Shown here: one piece after another, positions 8,228 to 18,277 of the stretch
How positions within the stretch are numbered: position 1 is the stretch's first letter
Layout of the letters: every line of letters begins with the position of its first letter
Source of the DNA: Polyangiales bacterium
GTDB lineage: Bacteria; Myxococcota_A; Polyangia; Polyangiales; Polyangiaceae
Direction: 5' to 3'
Length of the DNA stretch: 64,000 bases
Assembly (NCBI GenBank): GCA_038230375.1
Contig: JBBRNJ010000002.1
Span: 32,001-96,000, forward strand
Position numbers and translations under genes: made by a program
Notes under the pieces: model-generated
What the model saw: only the letters and a program-made list of their open reading frames with translations
Database searches by the model: none
What the model was told of the DNA's origin: nothing

Positions 8228-10435
8228 TCAATCCTTGACGCTGAGCTTCACCACGTGGAAGCCCGCGGCGTCCACGGGAGCCTTCGCCGCATCGCCCGGC
8301 GCCACGCGGAGGCGCTTTCGGACCTGTGAGCCCGCCACGAGGACTTCCACGCCGTCGTCGCACTTGAGCCGATCGATGCGAGCCTCGGGTCCCAGGCCCG
8401 CAAGCAGCCAGATCTCCGCGCCCGGCGGCGCCGACACGACGTGCACGGTGCCGGGCTCGCCCTCGCCGCCCACGTCCGTTCCCGGCTCTCCAGAAGGCCA
8501 GGGATCCAGTGCAGGCGCCTTCACCTTGCTCGCCTCCAGCTGCACCGCCAGGTCGAACCGCGGCGGCTTCTTCTGGTCCCACGGCGCGGTGGGCAGCACG
8601 ACGGCGCGCTTCGGCGCGAAGCCCTCTGCGGTGGCCACGAACTCGAGCCGCGTCTTGATGGGCATGCGCTCGACGTCGACCGGCGCCTGTCCCTTGCGCA
8701 GGAGGATCTCCGAGCCCGCGGGCGCATCGGTGATGACGAGAGCTGCCTTGCAGCGCTGCTCCTCGGCGGCCTTCTCGAGCGCTGCCTTCTTGGCCTCGTA
8801 CTGCTCCTTCTCGCGCTGCACGTTCTCCGGCGTGCGGCCGGTGAAGAACCCCGGCGCGAGCTTCCAGATGCCCACGGCTCCACCGCCCAGGATCAGGAGC
8901 AGCAGCACCAGGAAGACCATCGTGCCCTTCGCAGACTTCGGCTGACGGCCGGACGGCACCGCGGTCGAGAGCGCCACCTTCATGGTGGCCTTCGAGCGCA
9001 CGGCTTCCTTCGCGTCCCGCTCCTTGATCTCCTTCGAGTCCTTCGGCGACGGCGGAGGCGGGTTCGGCGGCAGGATCGGCGGCGCAGCAACCTGAGGCGG
9101 CGGAGCGGGGGGCTCCTTCGCGCGCGGCGGGGGAGGAGGGTTGTCCTGCTGGATGCCGGACTTCTTGAGCGTCGCGACCGCGATCGGGCGGATCGGCTCG
9201 CTGGTGTCGATCGCCGATGTCAGTGAATCGCGAGGCGGTGGCATCGACGCGTTCTCGTCAGAGAGCGAGAGGAGATCCTCGATGCCGTCTCCGTGATCGC
9301 CCGCGTCGCCCGCGTCGGTGGCGTTCGGGTTCGCCGCAAGGTCATCGAGCAGATCGTCCGTGACGGACACGGGGCCGCCCATGCCCGCCAGCGTGCCGGT
9401 CGCGCTGACGACGGGCGGTGCTTCGCTCGTGGGATCGTCCTGCGTGTGCGCTTGCGCGCGTACGCCCCGTTCGAGCTTGTTCGTCCGGAGCTGCTCGCTG
9501 TCGCCGGGCGTGGGCTCGGGCTCGTCGTCGTAGTTTGCCTCCGTCCCTGGCGGCGGGGGCGTGGGGCCCAGGCCGATGAGCGCCTTCAGCTCCTTCGACA
9601 TCGCCTTGTCGTCGTCGCTCGCATCGCCGCTCACGCCGAACGTGGAGAGGAGGTTGTCGACGTCGTCGTCCTTGAACAGCGCGTCCTTCGGACCGAGCAG
9701 CGCGGGAGACTCGGGGAGGGCGGGGCCGCGCTTTTGCGGCGGCGGGCGGTTCGGAGGCGGCGGCGGCGCAAAACCGCGGTTCACCGGCGGCGTGGGAAGC
9801 TTGGTCGGGGGCGCCTCGGACGATGCGCTGCCTCCTGAACGCTTCAGGGTCTGTGCCTCGTCGTTCGGGAACGGCGTCCGCGGCCGCTGTACGGTGGGTG
9901 CCTCGTTGAAGCGCTGCTCATGCTCTCCGCCGGACTCACGCTTGCGGATCTCGGGACCACGCGACTCCAGCGGAGGCATCGCGCTGGCGCGACCCAGGCC
10001 CAGCGAGATGCGACGCGCCTCACGTGCCATGCGTGCGAGGGCGCGGCGACCTGCAGCGCGATTCACCGGAATGAGCGCGGCCTCGAGCTCCGCGGCGAGC
10101 GCGCGAACTCCGCCGCCGCTCTTCTTCCTTGCCACGTGCGTGAGCGCGGACGTCTGCGCGCCGGTCACGCTCAGCAGGTCGGAGAGGACGTTGCGCAGCT
10201 GCGTCTCCACGTCAACGCCGTCGCCGGGGCCCTTCGGCTTCACGATCGCGACGGAGCCTTCCTCGCTCACGTATACGGTCTTCGGATCGATCGCGGTCGC
10301 ACTCCCGGCGTTCACCGCGTCCGCGAGCTCGAGCGTCAGGTATCCGGCGAGCTCCGGCGCGATCGGCACGCGCTTCTGGTGCGCAACGGCGAGGATGTCG
10401 TCGAGCGTGATGGACGAGGCAAGGATGTCGCTCAT
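8228..10435 (-). CDS. Large Pro-rich single-pass membrane protein with N-terminal kinase-like remnant and C-terminal PEGA-like beta domains
   Basis: ATG overlaps the hisF stop (ATGA). N-terminal [19 protein letters not shown]...[18 protein letters not shown] segment [31 protein letters not shown]. Confidence 0.7.
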   Translation of the reverse strand: MSDILASSITLDDILAVAHQKRVPIAPELAGYLTLELADAVNAGSATAIDPKTVYVSEEGSVAIVKPKGPGDGVDVETQLRNVLSDLLSVTGAQTSALTHVARKKSGGGVRALAAELEAALIPVNRAAGRRALARMAREARRISLGLGRASAMPPLESRGPEIRKRESGGEHEQRFNEAPTVQRPRTPFPNDEAQTLKRSGGSASSEAPPTKLPTPPVNRGFAPPPPPNRPPPQKRGPALPESPALLGPKDALFKDDDVDNLLSTFGVSGDASDDDKAMSKELKALIGLGPTPPPPGTEANYDDEPEPTPGDSEQLRTNKLERGVRAQAHTQDDPTSEAPPVVSATGTLAGMGGPVSVTDDLLDDLAANPNATDAGDAGDHGDGIEDLLSLSDENASMPPPRDSLTSAIDTSEPIRPIAVATLKKSGIQQDNPPPPPRAKEPPAPPPQVAAPPILPPNPPPPSPKDSKEIKERDAKEAVRSKATMKVALSTAVPSGRQPKSAKGTMVFLVLLLLILGGGAVGIWKLAPGFFTGRTPENVQREKEQYEAKKAALEKAAEEQRCKAALVITDAPAGSEILLRKGQAPVDVERMPIKTRLEFVATAEGFAPKRAVVLPTAPWDQKKPPRFDLAVQLEASKVKAPALDPWPSGEPGTDVGGEGEPGTVHVVSAPPGAEIWLLAGLGPEARIDRLKCDDGVEVLVAGSQVRKRLRVAPGDAAKAPVDAAGFHVVKLSVKD

Positions 10436-11241
10436 GCGGCGTCCTCCAGCTGGCGTACGGGCACGCCGCGTGATGCGAGGTACTTCTTGGCCGCGCCGAT
10501 CGTGTACGTGCGCTCGTGGAAGATGGACGCTGCCAGCACTGCGCTTGCGCCACCCATCACGAGACCGTCGTGGAGATGCGCGAGCTCGCCGACACCGCCG
10601 CTCGCGATGACGGGAATGTCCACGGCATCCGAGACCGCCCGCAAGAGCGCCAGATCGTAGCCAGCTTTCGTTCCGTCTCGGTCCATGCTCGTGAGCAAAA
10701 TCTCGCCGGCTCCCAGCCCCGCACAGAAAACCGCCCACGCGACGGCTTCTCGGCCCGCCTCTTTCCTACCACCATGGGAAAAAACATCCCAATCTCGTGC
10801 AGAACCTGGTCCCGAGACGCGCGCCCGGGCGTCGATCGCCACGACAATCGCCTGGGCGCCCCAGCGGTCAGAGGCCCGGCGCACCAGGTCCGGATCGGAC
10901 AAGGCCGCGGAGTTGATCGCCACCTTGTCGGCGCCGGCTGCGAGGAGGCGCTCGATGTCCGAAAGGGTGCGAACGCCGCCGCCCACAGTCAGCGGAGTGA
11001 ACGTCGTGTCGGCCGTGCGGGCGACCACGTCCAGCATGGCCGGCCGCCCCTCGTGGGTCGCCGTGATGTCCAGGAAGACGATCTCGTCCGCGCCCTCCGC
11101 GTCGTAGCGCGCAGCCGTTTCCGCGGGATCGCCCTGGTCCCGAAGTCCCTCGAACCGGACGCCCTTCACGACCCGCCCGTCGCGAACGTCGAGGCACGGG
11201 ATGACCCGACGCGAGAGGGACGAGGCGCTCATCGGCGTCAT
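10432..11241 (-). CDS. hisF: Imidazole glycerol phosphate synthase cyclase subunit
   Basis: [41 protein letters not shown] and VIASGG motifs. Confidence 0.97.
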   Translation of the reverse strand: MTPMSASSLSRRVIPCLDVRDGRVVKGVRFEGLRDQGDPAETAARYDAEGADEIVFLDITATHEGRPAMLDVVARTADTTFTPLTVGGGVRTLSDIERLLAAGADKVAINSAALSDPDLVRRASDRWGAQAIVVAIDARARVSGPGSARDWDVFSHGGRKEAGREAVAWAVFCAGLGAGEILLTSMDRDGTKAGYDLALLRAVSDAVDIPVIASGGVGELAHLHDGLVMGGASAVLAASIFHERTYTIGAAKKYLASRGVPVRQLEDAA

Positions 11242-11245
11242 GGTC

Positions 11246-12085
11246 CTACCTCGGGATGACGAACTGCACTCGGTTCTCGTAGCCGCCGAGAAGCTTGTCG
11301 ACCGAGGCCAGGTTGTTCTCGATCGCCTCGGTCACGATCTGCGTCATCGCCGCGCTCGAGCCCTTGAGCGCCTCGTAGTAGCGCTGGCGCTCCGTGGAGT
11401 GGACGATGGCAGGCGGCAGGCCGCTTCGAAGGAGCAGCAGGTTCAGGAACAGACGCGCGACGGTTCCGCTGTCCGCCTGGAACGGGAAGATGCGGAGCAG
11501 ATCGTAGTGCGCGCGCCCGGCGAGGCGGACGGCGCTGCGCGTCTTGCGTGTCTCGGGATCGTTGACCCAGTCGACGACCTGACGAACCTTGTGGGTGATC
11601 TTGTCCGGCGCTGCGTACTCGTGGAAGTACAAGCGATGCTGCGGGATGTCCTTGCGATACCTGACCGTCTTGATGTCACCCTCTTCCGGATGGAGGATGA
11701 GATAGAGCTTCTTGATCAGATCCACGGTGATCGGCTGGCGCTTCTTCAGCGCATAATCGCGGACGTAGTCGAGCGCCTCGCGACGGCGACGGATGTCCTC
11801 GATGATCGGCTGGAGGCTCGAGTCGGCGGGCGGCGGCGCGTTCGGATCGAGCGCAGAGCGCAGCTCCTGGAACGTGAAGACGGCGCCTTCCACCGCGCTG
11901 TCGTGATAAATCCACGACATGTCGAGGTTCATCCGATAGTCCGCGAGGAATGCGGGATCAGTCTTGAGTAGCCTCTCCTCGAGCTTTGCGGCGCGCTCCT
12001 CCATCGTGAGCTGCTTGGGCGGCGGCTCAGGGGGTGTAGCGGGCTTCTTCTTCGCGGGGGCTTTCGCTGCGGGTTTTGCGGCCAT
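11246..12085 (-). CDS. Fic-domain protein with degenerate active-site motif
   Basis: YHDSAVEG (inhibitory-helix-like), [10 protein letters not shown], and [20 protein letters not shown] in place of HPFxDGNGRxxR. Confidence 0.8.
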   Translation of the reverse strand: MAAKPAAKAPAKKKPATPPEPPPKQLTMEERAAKLEERLLKTDPAFLADYRMNLDMSWIYHDSAVEGAVFTFQELRSALDPNAPPPADSSLQPIIEDIRRRREALDYVRDYALKKRQPITVDLIKKLYLILHPEEGDIKTVRYRKDIPQHRLYFHEYAAPDKITHKVRQVVDWVNDPETRKTRSAVRLAGRAHYDLLRIFPFQADSGTVARLFLNLLLLRSGLPPAIVHSTERQRYYEALKGSSAAMTQIVTEAIENNLASVDKLLGGYENRVQFVIPR

Positions 12086-12212
12086 GTGCGCGCCTTCTGT
12101 GTCCTGTTGGTACTCAAATCGGTGGTCTTCCGTCAAGAAAAAGCGTCTAATTACTCGAAATACATACATATATTTGTGTGTAGATCACACGGGTGAACTG
12201 ACCCCCAAATAA

Positions 12213-12228
12213 CTGGACCGACGTTCAG
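12213..12228 (+). promoter_or_regulatory. Putative LexA (SOS) box upstream of recN
   Basis: CTGGAC-CGAC-GTTCAG is a near-palindrome with the GTTCAG half-site of the myxobacterial LexA box. It sits just before a TATGCT -10-like hexamer. Confidence 0.65.
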
Positions 12229-12247
12229 TATATGCTACGAATGCTGT

Positions 12248-14041
12248 ATGCTTGTTCAGTTCACCGCACGCAATTTCGTCCTGATAGAGGAGCTCGTGCT
12301 CATTCTGGAGCCTGGCTTCAACGTCCTCACCGGTGAAACGGGCGCGGGGAAGTCGCTGGTGGTCGACGCGCTCGGTCTGGTGCTCGGCGCGCGGGCAAGC
12401 GGAGAGGTCGTGCGTGCGGGCGCGGAAGAGGCGGAGGTGCAGGCGCTCTTCGACATCGGAGGGAACGAGCGCGCACGCGCGGTGCTCGCGTCTTTCGGGC
12501 TCGGTGCGGATGCAGAGCAAGGCGAGCTCTTGCTCCGTCGCGTGGTCACGCCACAAGGGCGTAGCCGTGCGTTCATCAATGGTCGCCTCGCAACCGCAGG
12601 GCAACTCGCGGAGCTCGCGCGCACGCTGTGCGACGTGGCCTCTCAGCACGAGAGCGTGAGCCTCACGGACGCGGGCACGCACCTCGAGTACCTGGACGCG
12701 TTCGGCGGGCTGGGTGAAGAGTGCGTGTTGCTCGCGCGGGAGGTCCTTCGCACCACGGAGCTGGCCGGGCAGCTGGAGACGCTGCGTGGGCGTGGTCGTA
12801 CGAGGGCCGAGCGCGAGGAGCTGATCACCTGGGCGCTGCGCGAGATCGACGAGGTGAGCCCGTTGCCGGGAGAGGACACGGAGCTGCTCTCGGAGCGCGC
12901 GCGGCTTCGTCATGCGGCGCGCCTGGGAGACGTCGTGGGCGGCGCTGGCGCAGCCCTCTACGAGACGGAGGGCGCGGTGTGTGACGTTCTCGCGCGCGTG
13001 GAGAGCGAGCTCCGGTCGGCCGCAGAGCTGGATCCCTCGCTGCTGCCTCTGGCGGAGACCATCGGCTCCGCGCGTGCGGAGCTCGTGGACACGTCACGCA
13101 CGCTGCTCCACTACGCCGGCACCGTCGAGGTGAACCCCGCGCGCCTTGCAGACGTGGAGGAGCGGCTCTTCAAGCTGGAGAAGCTGTTCCGGAAGCATGG
13201 GACGTTCAGCTCGAGCGACCGGACCTCGGACCTTGCCTCGGACCATGCCTCGGACCATGCCTCGGACCTTGCCTCCGAGCTTGCCTCCGAGCTTGTAGGC
13301 GCGGAGGCGGTGCTTGCGAAGAAGGCCGCGCTCTGCGAGGAGCTGCGTGCGTTCGAGGCCTCGGACGCGGACGAGAAGAGCCTGGTCGCGGCCTTCGAGC
13401 AGGCGATGCGTGCGTCGTCGGAGCGCGCGCGCTCGCTGTCATCGAAGCGGCGGCGTGTGGGGGAGAAGCTGGGAAAAGCCATCGGTCGGGAGCTCGCGGA
13501 CCTTGGCATGGGCGGCGCGCGAATTCTCGTGGACGTCTCACCTTCGGCCTCCACGAAGGGGCTGATGGTGGACGGCGCGCATCTCTCACCGAAGGGAATG
13601 GATCGCGTGGAGTTCCTGATCGCGCCGAACAAGGGCGAGGAGCCACGGCCGCTTCGTCGCATCGCGAGCGGTGGTGAGCTGTCCCGTGCGCTGCTAGCGA
13701 TCAAGCGCGTGCTCGCGAAGAACGGGCCCGCGGGCCTCTACGTCTTCGACGAGGTCGACACCGGCACGAGCGGCGCCGTCGCAGAGGTCATCGGCCACAA
13801 GATGGCGGACGTGGCGAAGCACCATCAGGTGCTGTCGATCACGCACCTCGCGCAGATCGCCGCGCTCGCGGACGCCCAGTTCGTCGTCGGCAAGACGGTG
13901 CAAGGGGATCGTACGCATGTGTCGGTGCGGAAGCTCCGCACGGACGAGCGCGTCGGTGAGATCGCGCGCATGATCGGCGGCGTCACGGTCGGCGTCGCAG
14001 CCAAGAAGGCCGCGAAGGAGCTCCTGGCGGTCCGCGCGTAG
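12248..14041 (+). CDS. recN: DNA repair protein RecN
   Basis: VLTGETGAGKS Walker A, ASGGELSR signature, FDEVDTG Walker B, ITHLAQIAA. Confidence 0.96.
   Translation: MLVQFTARNFVLIEELVLILEPGFNVLTGETGAGKSLVVDALGLVLGARASGEVVRAGAEEAEVQALFDIGGNERARAVLASFGLGADAEQGELLLRRVVTPQGRSRAFINGRLATAGQLAELARTLCDVASQHESVSLTDAGTHLEYLDAFGGLGEECVLLAREVLRTTELAGQLETLRGRGRTRAEREELITWALREIDEVSPLPGEDTELLSERARLRHAARLGDVVGGAGAALYETEGAVCDVLARVESELRSAAELDPSLLPLAETIGSARAELVDTSRTLLHYAGTVEVNPARLADVEERLFKLEKLFRKHGTFSSSDRTSDLASDHASDHASDLASELASELVGAEAVLAKKAALCEELRAFEASDADEKSLVAAFEQAMRASSERARSLSSKRRRVGEKLGKAIGRELADLGMGGARILVDVSPSASTKGLMVDGAHLSPKGMDRVEFLIAPNKGEEPRPLRRIASGGELSRALLAIKRVLAKNGPAGLYVFDEVDTGTSGAVAEVIGHKMADVAKHHQVLSITHLAQIAALADAQFVVGKTVQGDRTHVSVRKLRTDERVGEIARMIGGVTVGVAAKKAAKELLAVRA
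13226..13297 (+). repeat. In-frame 12-bp tandem repeat x6 within recN (SDLA/SDHA/SELA)
   Basis: tcggaccttgcc tcggaccatgcc tcggaccatgcc tcggaccttgcc tccgagcttgcc tccgagcttgta. Confidence 0.9.
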
Positions 14042-14070
14042 CCGGTGAGACCAGCCCAGGCCGCTAGAAG

Positions 14071-14113
14071 AGGCTAGACGAGGCTAGACCAGGCTAGACC
14101 AGGCTAGACCAGG
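14071..14113. repeat. 10-bp tandem repeat AGGCTAGAC(C/G) x4 containing the map stop codon
   Basis: aggctagacg aggctagacc aggctagacc aggctagacc agg. Confidence 0.9.
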
Positions 14114-14907
14114 ACAGCGGACGAGGCGACGTTCTCGCTTCCGCGGAGCGGCTGGGCGCGGCGCGTGAGGACCTCGTGGCCGGTCTTCGTCACCACGAGC
14201 GTGTGCTCGAACTGCGCGGAGAGGGAGCCGTCCACCGTGGTGACAGTCCAGTCGTCCTTCTCGTCGACCACGACCTCGAACCGGCCCAGGTTCACCATGG
14301 GCTCGATGGTGAAGACCATGCCCGCGCGCAGGCGCTCTCCGGTACCGCGCTTGCCGTAGTGCTTCACCTGCGGGTCCTCGTGGAACTTGCGGCCGATGCC
14401 GTGACCCACGAAGTCGCGCACCACGCTGCAGCCCTGCGCTTCCACGTACTCCTGGATGGCCGCGCCGATGTCGCCGAGCCTCGCGCCTTCCTTCACCTCG
14501 GCGATTCCGAGCTCGAGAGCCACGCGCGCAATCTCGGTGACCTTCTTCGCCTGCACGCTGGGCGTGCCGATGTAGAACGTGGCGGATGTGTCGCCATGGA
14601 ACCCGCCATAGAAGCTGGTCACGTCGACGTTGATGATGTCGCCATCGCGCAGCACCTGCGCGCCAGGGATGCCGTGGCACACGACGTCGTTCACGGACGT
14701 GCATACGCTCTTCGGGAAGCCGCGGTAGTTGAGGGGGGCGGGACGCGCGCCACGACGGATGGTGTCCTCGTGGACGATCGCGTTGATGTCGTCGGTCGAC
14801 ATGCCCGCGCGGAGCTTCTCGCCGACGAGGACCAATGTCTCCGCCGCCATCACGCCGACGACACGCATCGCCTCTATTTCACGCGGGCTCTTGATCTCGA
14901 TCGCCAC
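14104..14907 (-). CDS. map: Type I methionine aminopeptidase
   Basis: GFPKSVCTSVNDVVCHGIP, DVT...GDTS, GHGIG, FTIEPM, SAQFEHT. AGGAGG precedes GTG 14907. Confidence 0.96.
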   Translation of the reverse strand: MAIEIKSPREIEAMRVVGVMAAETLVLVGEKLRAGMSTDDINAIVHEDTIRRGARPAPLNYRGFPKSVCTSVNDVVCHGIPGAQVLRDGDIINVDVTSFYGGFHGDTSATFYIGTPSVQAKKVTEIARVALELGIAEVKEGARLGDIGAAIQEYVEAQGCSVVRDFVGHGIGRKFHEDPQVKHYGKRGTGERLRAGMVFTIEPMVNLGRFEVVVDEKDDWTVTTVDGSLSAQFEHTLVVTKTGHEVLTRRAQPLRGSENVASSAVLV

Positions 14908-14925
14908 GAACAAGCCTCCTTGAAA

Positions 14926-15516
14926 CTACTTGAGCTCTCGCAACACGATCGCATCCCCGACCGCGTCCTTCACGTCTTTGGAGGCCGGTGAGAAGTGCGC
15001 GTGGAAGTCCCGCTCCGAGGGGTCCGCGCCGGTGAACTGGCGCAGGAACACGATGAACTCGGTACCGACCATGCGGCCCTCCATCGTCTTCATGATGCCG
15101 TTCGTCTGCGTCGACTTGCGCATGCGGATATTGAACTGGTCGGTGCCGGGCGGGTGATCGCCGCCGATCCATTCGAGTTGCTTCACGCCGACCTCGTACC
15201 CGCCGTTCGCGCCTTCGTCGATCTTGTTGGTGACGGTCGTGATCTTCACGCGAAGGATCGCGTCGGAGACCTGCGCGCGCTCCCGCAGCGTGGGGTCCGA
15301 GCGGGGGTGAAAGCTGTTGTCCATGTCGAGCCCGACAGCGGCGGGATCGATCGCGTCGTCGAAGAGGTCGGTCATGCGACCCGCGTATGCGGCGAGCGGG
15401 CGCGACGGTGTCTTTGCACCTGCGCCATCGCCGCAGCCTGCGAGCGTGCCGGTCCCTGAGAGGCAGCACGCGCCAACCACGGCCAGGGTCATCCAGGTTC
15501 GAGCCACAAATCGCAT
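14926..15516 (-). CDS. Lipoprotein of unknown function
   Basis: Signal peptide with lipobox LAGC. Confidence 0.7.
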   Translation of the reverse strand: MRFVARTWMTLAVVGACCLSGTGTLAGCGDGAGAKTPSRPLAAYAGRMTDLFDDAIDPAAVGLDMDNSFHPRSDPTLRERAQVSDAILRVKITTVTNKIDEGANGGYEVGVKQLEWIGGDHPPGTDQFNIRMRKSTQTNGIMKTMEGRMVGTEFIVFLRQFTGADPSERDFHAHFSPASKDVKDAVGDAIVLRELK

Positions 15517-15734
15517 GAGCCCAAGCATCTACAACGATCTGGGACAGAGGTCCAAAGGGTTCGGCCAGGAGAAGGCAGTGTTCGAAGGGGCTGGGATGGG
15601 CGAACTTGCATGGTTCCATGGGTAAGCTCGTCCAACCCCCTGGGCCTCTGCTGCGCCCCTCCCAGATTGAAGCCCCCACAGGGGTGGCGCCCATGTGGGA
15701 CGAATGATACATCTCATGCAAGCGTGAAAAACCC

Positions 15735-16631
15735 ATGAAACGAGCCATCCACCGCATCGCGTACGTTCCCCTCGTCCTCGTCACCCTCTCCATGGGTGTT
15801 GCAAGCTTCGCGGCTGACCCGAAGAAGCCTGCGAAGGAGCAGAAGGACCAAGGCCCTCAGGCAGACGCCGCGCCCTTGGGTGGCTCGATGGGGGCCATGC
15901 GCGACGGCTTTCGCTGGGGCATGTCGCCGCAAGAGGTGATTGACGCCCACTCCAAGGGCACAAGCTCGATCCTCTGGAAGGACTACGACGAGCGCCTGCT
16001 CAAGATGCACCCGGGACCGGAGCAGACGCAGGTCGAGCACGAGCGCGATGCGCTCCTCGATGGTTTCCGCGCGCGCGCCCACACCAAGTTCGACCGCTCG
16101 GGTTCCGGCTGGGAGTCCTCCCCGATCCGCGGTGAGTATTCCGTCGGCAACCATGAGTCGCTGATCCTCGTGGAGCGGAAGGGGAAGAAGCGCTTCTTCT
16201 TCTTCATCAACGAGCGCCTCTGGAAGATCTACGACGAGGTCCCGCTCGTCGCGAATGGCCCGTGGGGCGCAACGTGGGCCGAGGCCTATCAGAAGGCCTT
16301 TGGTCTGATCGGCGGCGTTCCCGGGCGCGCCATGGCAGCGGAGCCCTTGAAGGGGCGTCCGTATCAGGCGATCGACTGGAAGGACGGCGAGAGTCGTGCG
16401 AACTATCTGCGCCTGATCGATCGGAGCTCGGAGAAGTTCGTCGGCGTTGTCATCACGGACTTCGAGACGGAGCGAAACCTGGCGCAGCTTCGCTCGCACA
16501 GGGAAGTCGATCCGATGGATCTCGATCCCGGTGTCGCCGCGGTCACCGGTGCTGGAGCCAACCGCACGGATCCGAACGGCGCCCGCACGTCGCCGAGCGC
16601 GAGCGCAAGCAGCAGCGCGCGCCGTCGCTGA
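15735..16631 (+). CDS. Secreted protein of unknown function
   Basis: Signal peptide MKRAIHRIAYVPLVLVTLSMGVASFA; GFRWGMSPQEV motif. Confidence 0.75.
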   Translation: MKRAIHRIAYVPLVLVTLSMGVASFAADPKKPAKEQKDQGPQADAAPLGGSMGAMRDGFRWGMSPQEVIDAHSKGTSSILWKDYDERLLKMHPGPEQTQVEHERDALLDGFRARAHTKFDRSGSGWESSPIRGEYSVGNHESLILVERKGKKRFFFFINERLWKIYDEVPLVANGPWGATWAEAYQKAFGLIGGVPGRAMAAEPLKGRPYQAIDWKDGESRANYLRLIDRSSEKFVGVVITDFETERNLAQLRSHREVDPMDLDPGVAAVTGAGANRTDPNGARTSPSASASSSARRR

Positions 16632-16652
16632 CGGCTGACGCCTCACCGGCCT

Positions 16653-16967
16653 CTACTCGATCTTCTCTGCGCCCTTCGGGACACGCCAACCTGTCGTCAC
16701 CTTCACGCTGGCCTTCGGCAGCAGGGCGGCGACGACGGGGTTGATCAGCGCTTTTTGCGTCATCGCCGCGCCGGGGCAGCCCGCGCAGGTACCCGAGAGG
16801 TGCACGTGCACGTCATCGGACGTGATGGCAACGAGGAACACCTCACCACCGTCGGCCTTGACCAACGGGGCGACAAGCTCCGCCACGCTCTTCTTCACCT
16901 TTTCGCGGGTTGCGTCATCCACTGGACCCCCGAGGTTACCAGAAGTTTCGCCAGCCGCAGCCGTCAT
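16653..16967 (-). CDS. NifU/Nfu-like Fe-S carrier domain protein
   Basis: VAPLVKADGGEV...HLSGTCAGCPGA (Nfu CxxC). Start uncertain. Confidence 0.85.
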   Translation of the reverse strand: MTAAAGETSGNLGGPVDDATREKVKKSVAELVAPLVKADGGEVFLVAITSDDVHVHLSGTCAGCPGAAMTQKALINPVVAALLPKASVKVTTGWRVPKGAEKIE

Positions 16968-17078
16968 AAATGGTGGGAGGCCCTCCAGGCGGTGAGGCGT
17001 CCACGCGCCGACGCAAGCGCGACCCGAAATTCGCAAAATTCGGGCAGGAAGAATCGTTCCGGGCGTCTATACTGATTC

Positions 17079-18035
17079 GTGGCCGGGGGGTCGCAACCGG
17101 AGGCGAGGGTGGCGCGGTATCGTCTGAGGTTCCTCCTTCAAGAGTTTGATATTCCGCGCGGCGAGACTTTGCTCGGCCGTAGCGCGGAGTGTCACGTCAC
17201 GATCGAAGACCCGCTCGTCTCCCGCACGCACGCCCGCATCAACCTGGACGGCGAAGAAGCCACCATCAGCGACCTCGACAGCCGCAACGGCGTGAAGGTC
17301 AACGGCGCGCCCATCAAGGGCGAGGTCATCACGCTGAAGGATGGGGACCGCATCCGCATCGGCACCCAGGAGCTGGTATTTTGCCGCGTGGAGATGGTGA
17401 GCGCGCGAGCGCGGACCACGGGCTTCCTGAAGCACTGCGGAAAATGCCACCTTCCGTACGCTCAAGAGGCGGGGTCCTGCCCGAACTGCGGCGGCACCGA
17501 GCAGGTCGATGAGGACACGCTGAGCGGTCGCTTCGGCAGCGGAGGTCAGGGGGCCTGGAGCGTTCAGCTCCTGATCGAGGTCGTCGAGCGCGCGCTCGGG
17601 GGCGATCGAATCGACGAGGCCGAACGCATGCTCCGACGGACCATGGCGCTCATCGAGGAGCGCGCCGCCATGCGCGAAGGAATCGACCCCCGGCAGCTGG
17701 CGACTGTGAGCGAGGCCGCCCTGACCATCGGGGACAAGAAGGCCACGCGCGAGCTCGCCGCCTGGGTGCTGACCATCCATCGTGCGCTCGTGGCGCTCCC
17801 CGGCCCCAGCACACTGGCGGGTATCGGACGCGCGATGGCGACCCACCCGGACCTGGTCGCCGAGCTGGACGGCCTCGCCACCGCCCTGGCTTCTCCAGAA
17901 AAGACGTTCTCGGAGGATGACGCCAAGGTCCTTGCCTCGATAGAGGGGCTCCGGGCCGCCGCTGGCTCCGGCGCCAGCGTCCCCAGCGGTGCTGGTGCGG
18001 GCTCTGAAGGCAAGACGCCCACGGCTCTGTCCTGA
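17079..18035 (+). CDS. FHA-domain protein with zinc ribbon
   Basis: LGRSAEC...DPLVSRTHA...DLDSRNGVKVNG; CGKC...CPNC. Confidence 0.88.
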   Translation: MAGGSQPEARVARYRLRFLLQEFDIPRGETLLGRSAECHVTIEDPLVSRTHARINLDGEEATISDLDSRNGVKVNGAPIKGEVITLKDGDRIRIGTQELVFCRVEMVSARARTTGFLKHCGKCHLPYAQEAGSCPNCGGTEQVDEDTLSGRFGSGGQGAWSVQLLIEVVERALGGDRIDEAERMLRRTMALIEERAAMREGIDPRQLATVSEAALTIGDKKATRELAAWVLTIHRALVALPGPSTLAGIGRAMATHPDLVAELDGLATALASPEKTFSEDDAKVLASIEGLRAAAGSGASVPSGAGAGSEGKTPTALS

Positions 18036-18059
18036 CGCCTGTCCTGACGCCTGTCCTGA
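18027..18059. repeat. 12-bp tandem repeat CTGTCCTGACGC (about 2.8 copies) over the FHA gene stop codon
   Basis: ctgtcctgacgc ctgtcctgacgc ctgtcctga. Confidence 0.85.
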
Positions 18060-18277
18060 GCCTCCTCTGAGCCTCCGCTGAGCGTAGCTGATCGTCAGCT
18101 GATATCGCCGCGCGCGCGCGGGGTTGCACCCATACTTGCCGATTGTGCTTGGAGAGTTGTATTCCTCTAGGAGCGCGCAAGCGCGTATGTGTCGTGTGCG
18201 AACTTGCCCATGACCCAGGCCAGGCCCTCCCATGTCGTGCTCCAGACCCCCCCCGAGCTCGGTGAGCAATTAGCGAG

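Noticed and set aside
14071..14113. Possible CRISPR or iteron array
   Set aside because: Contiguous 10-bp units with no spacers, and no cas or rep genes nearby.
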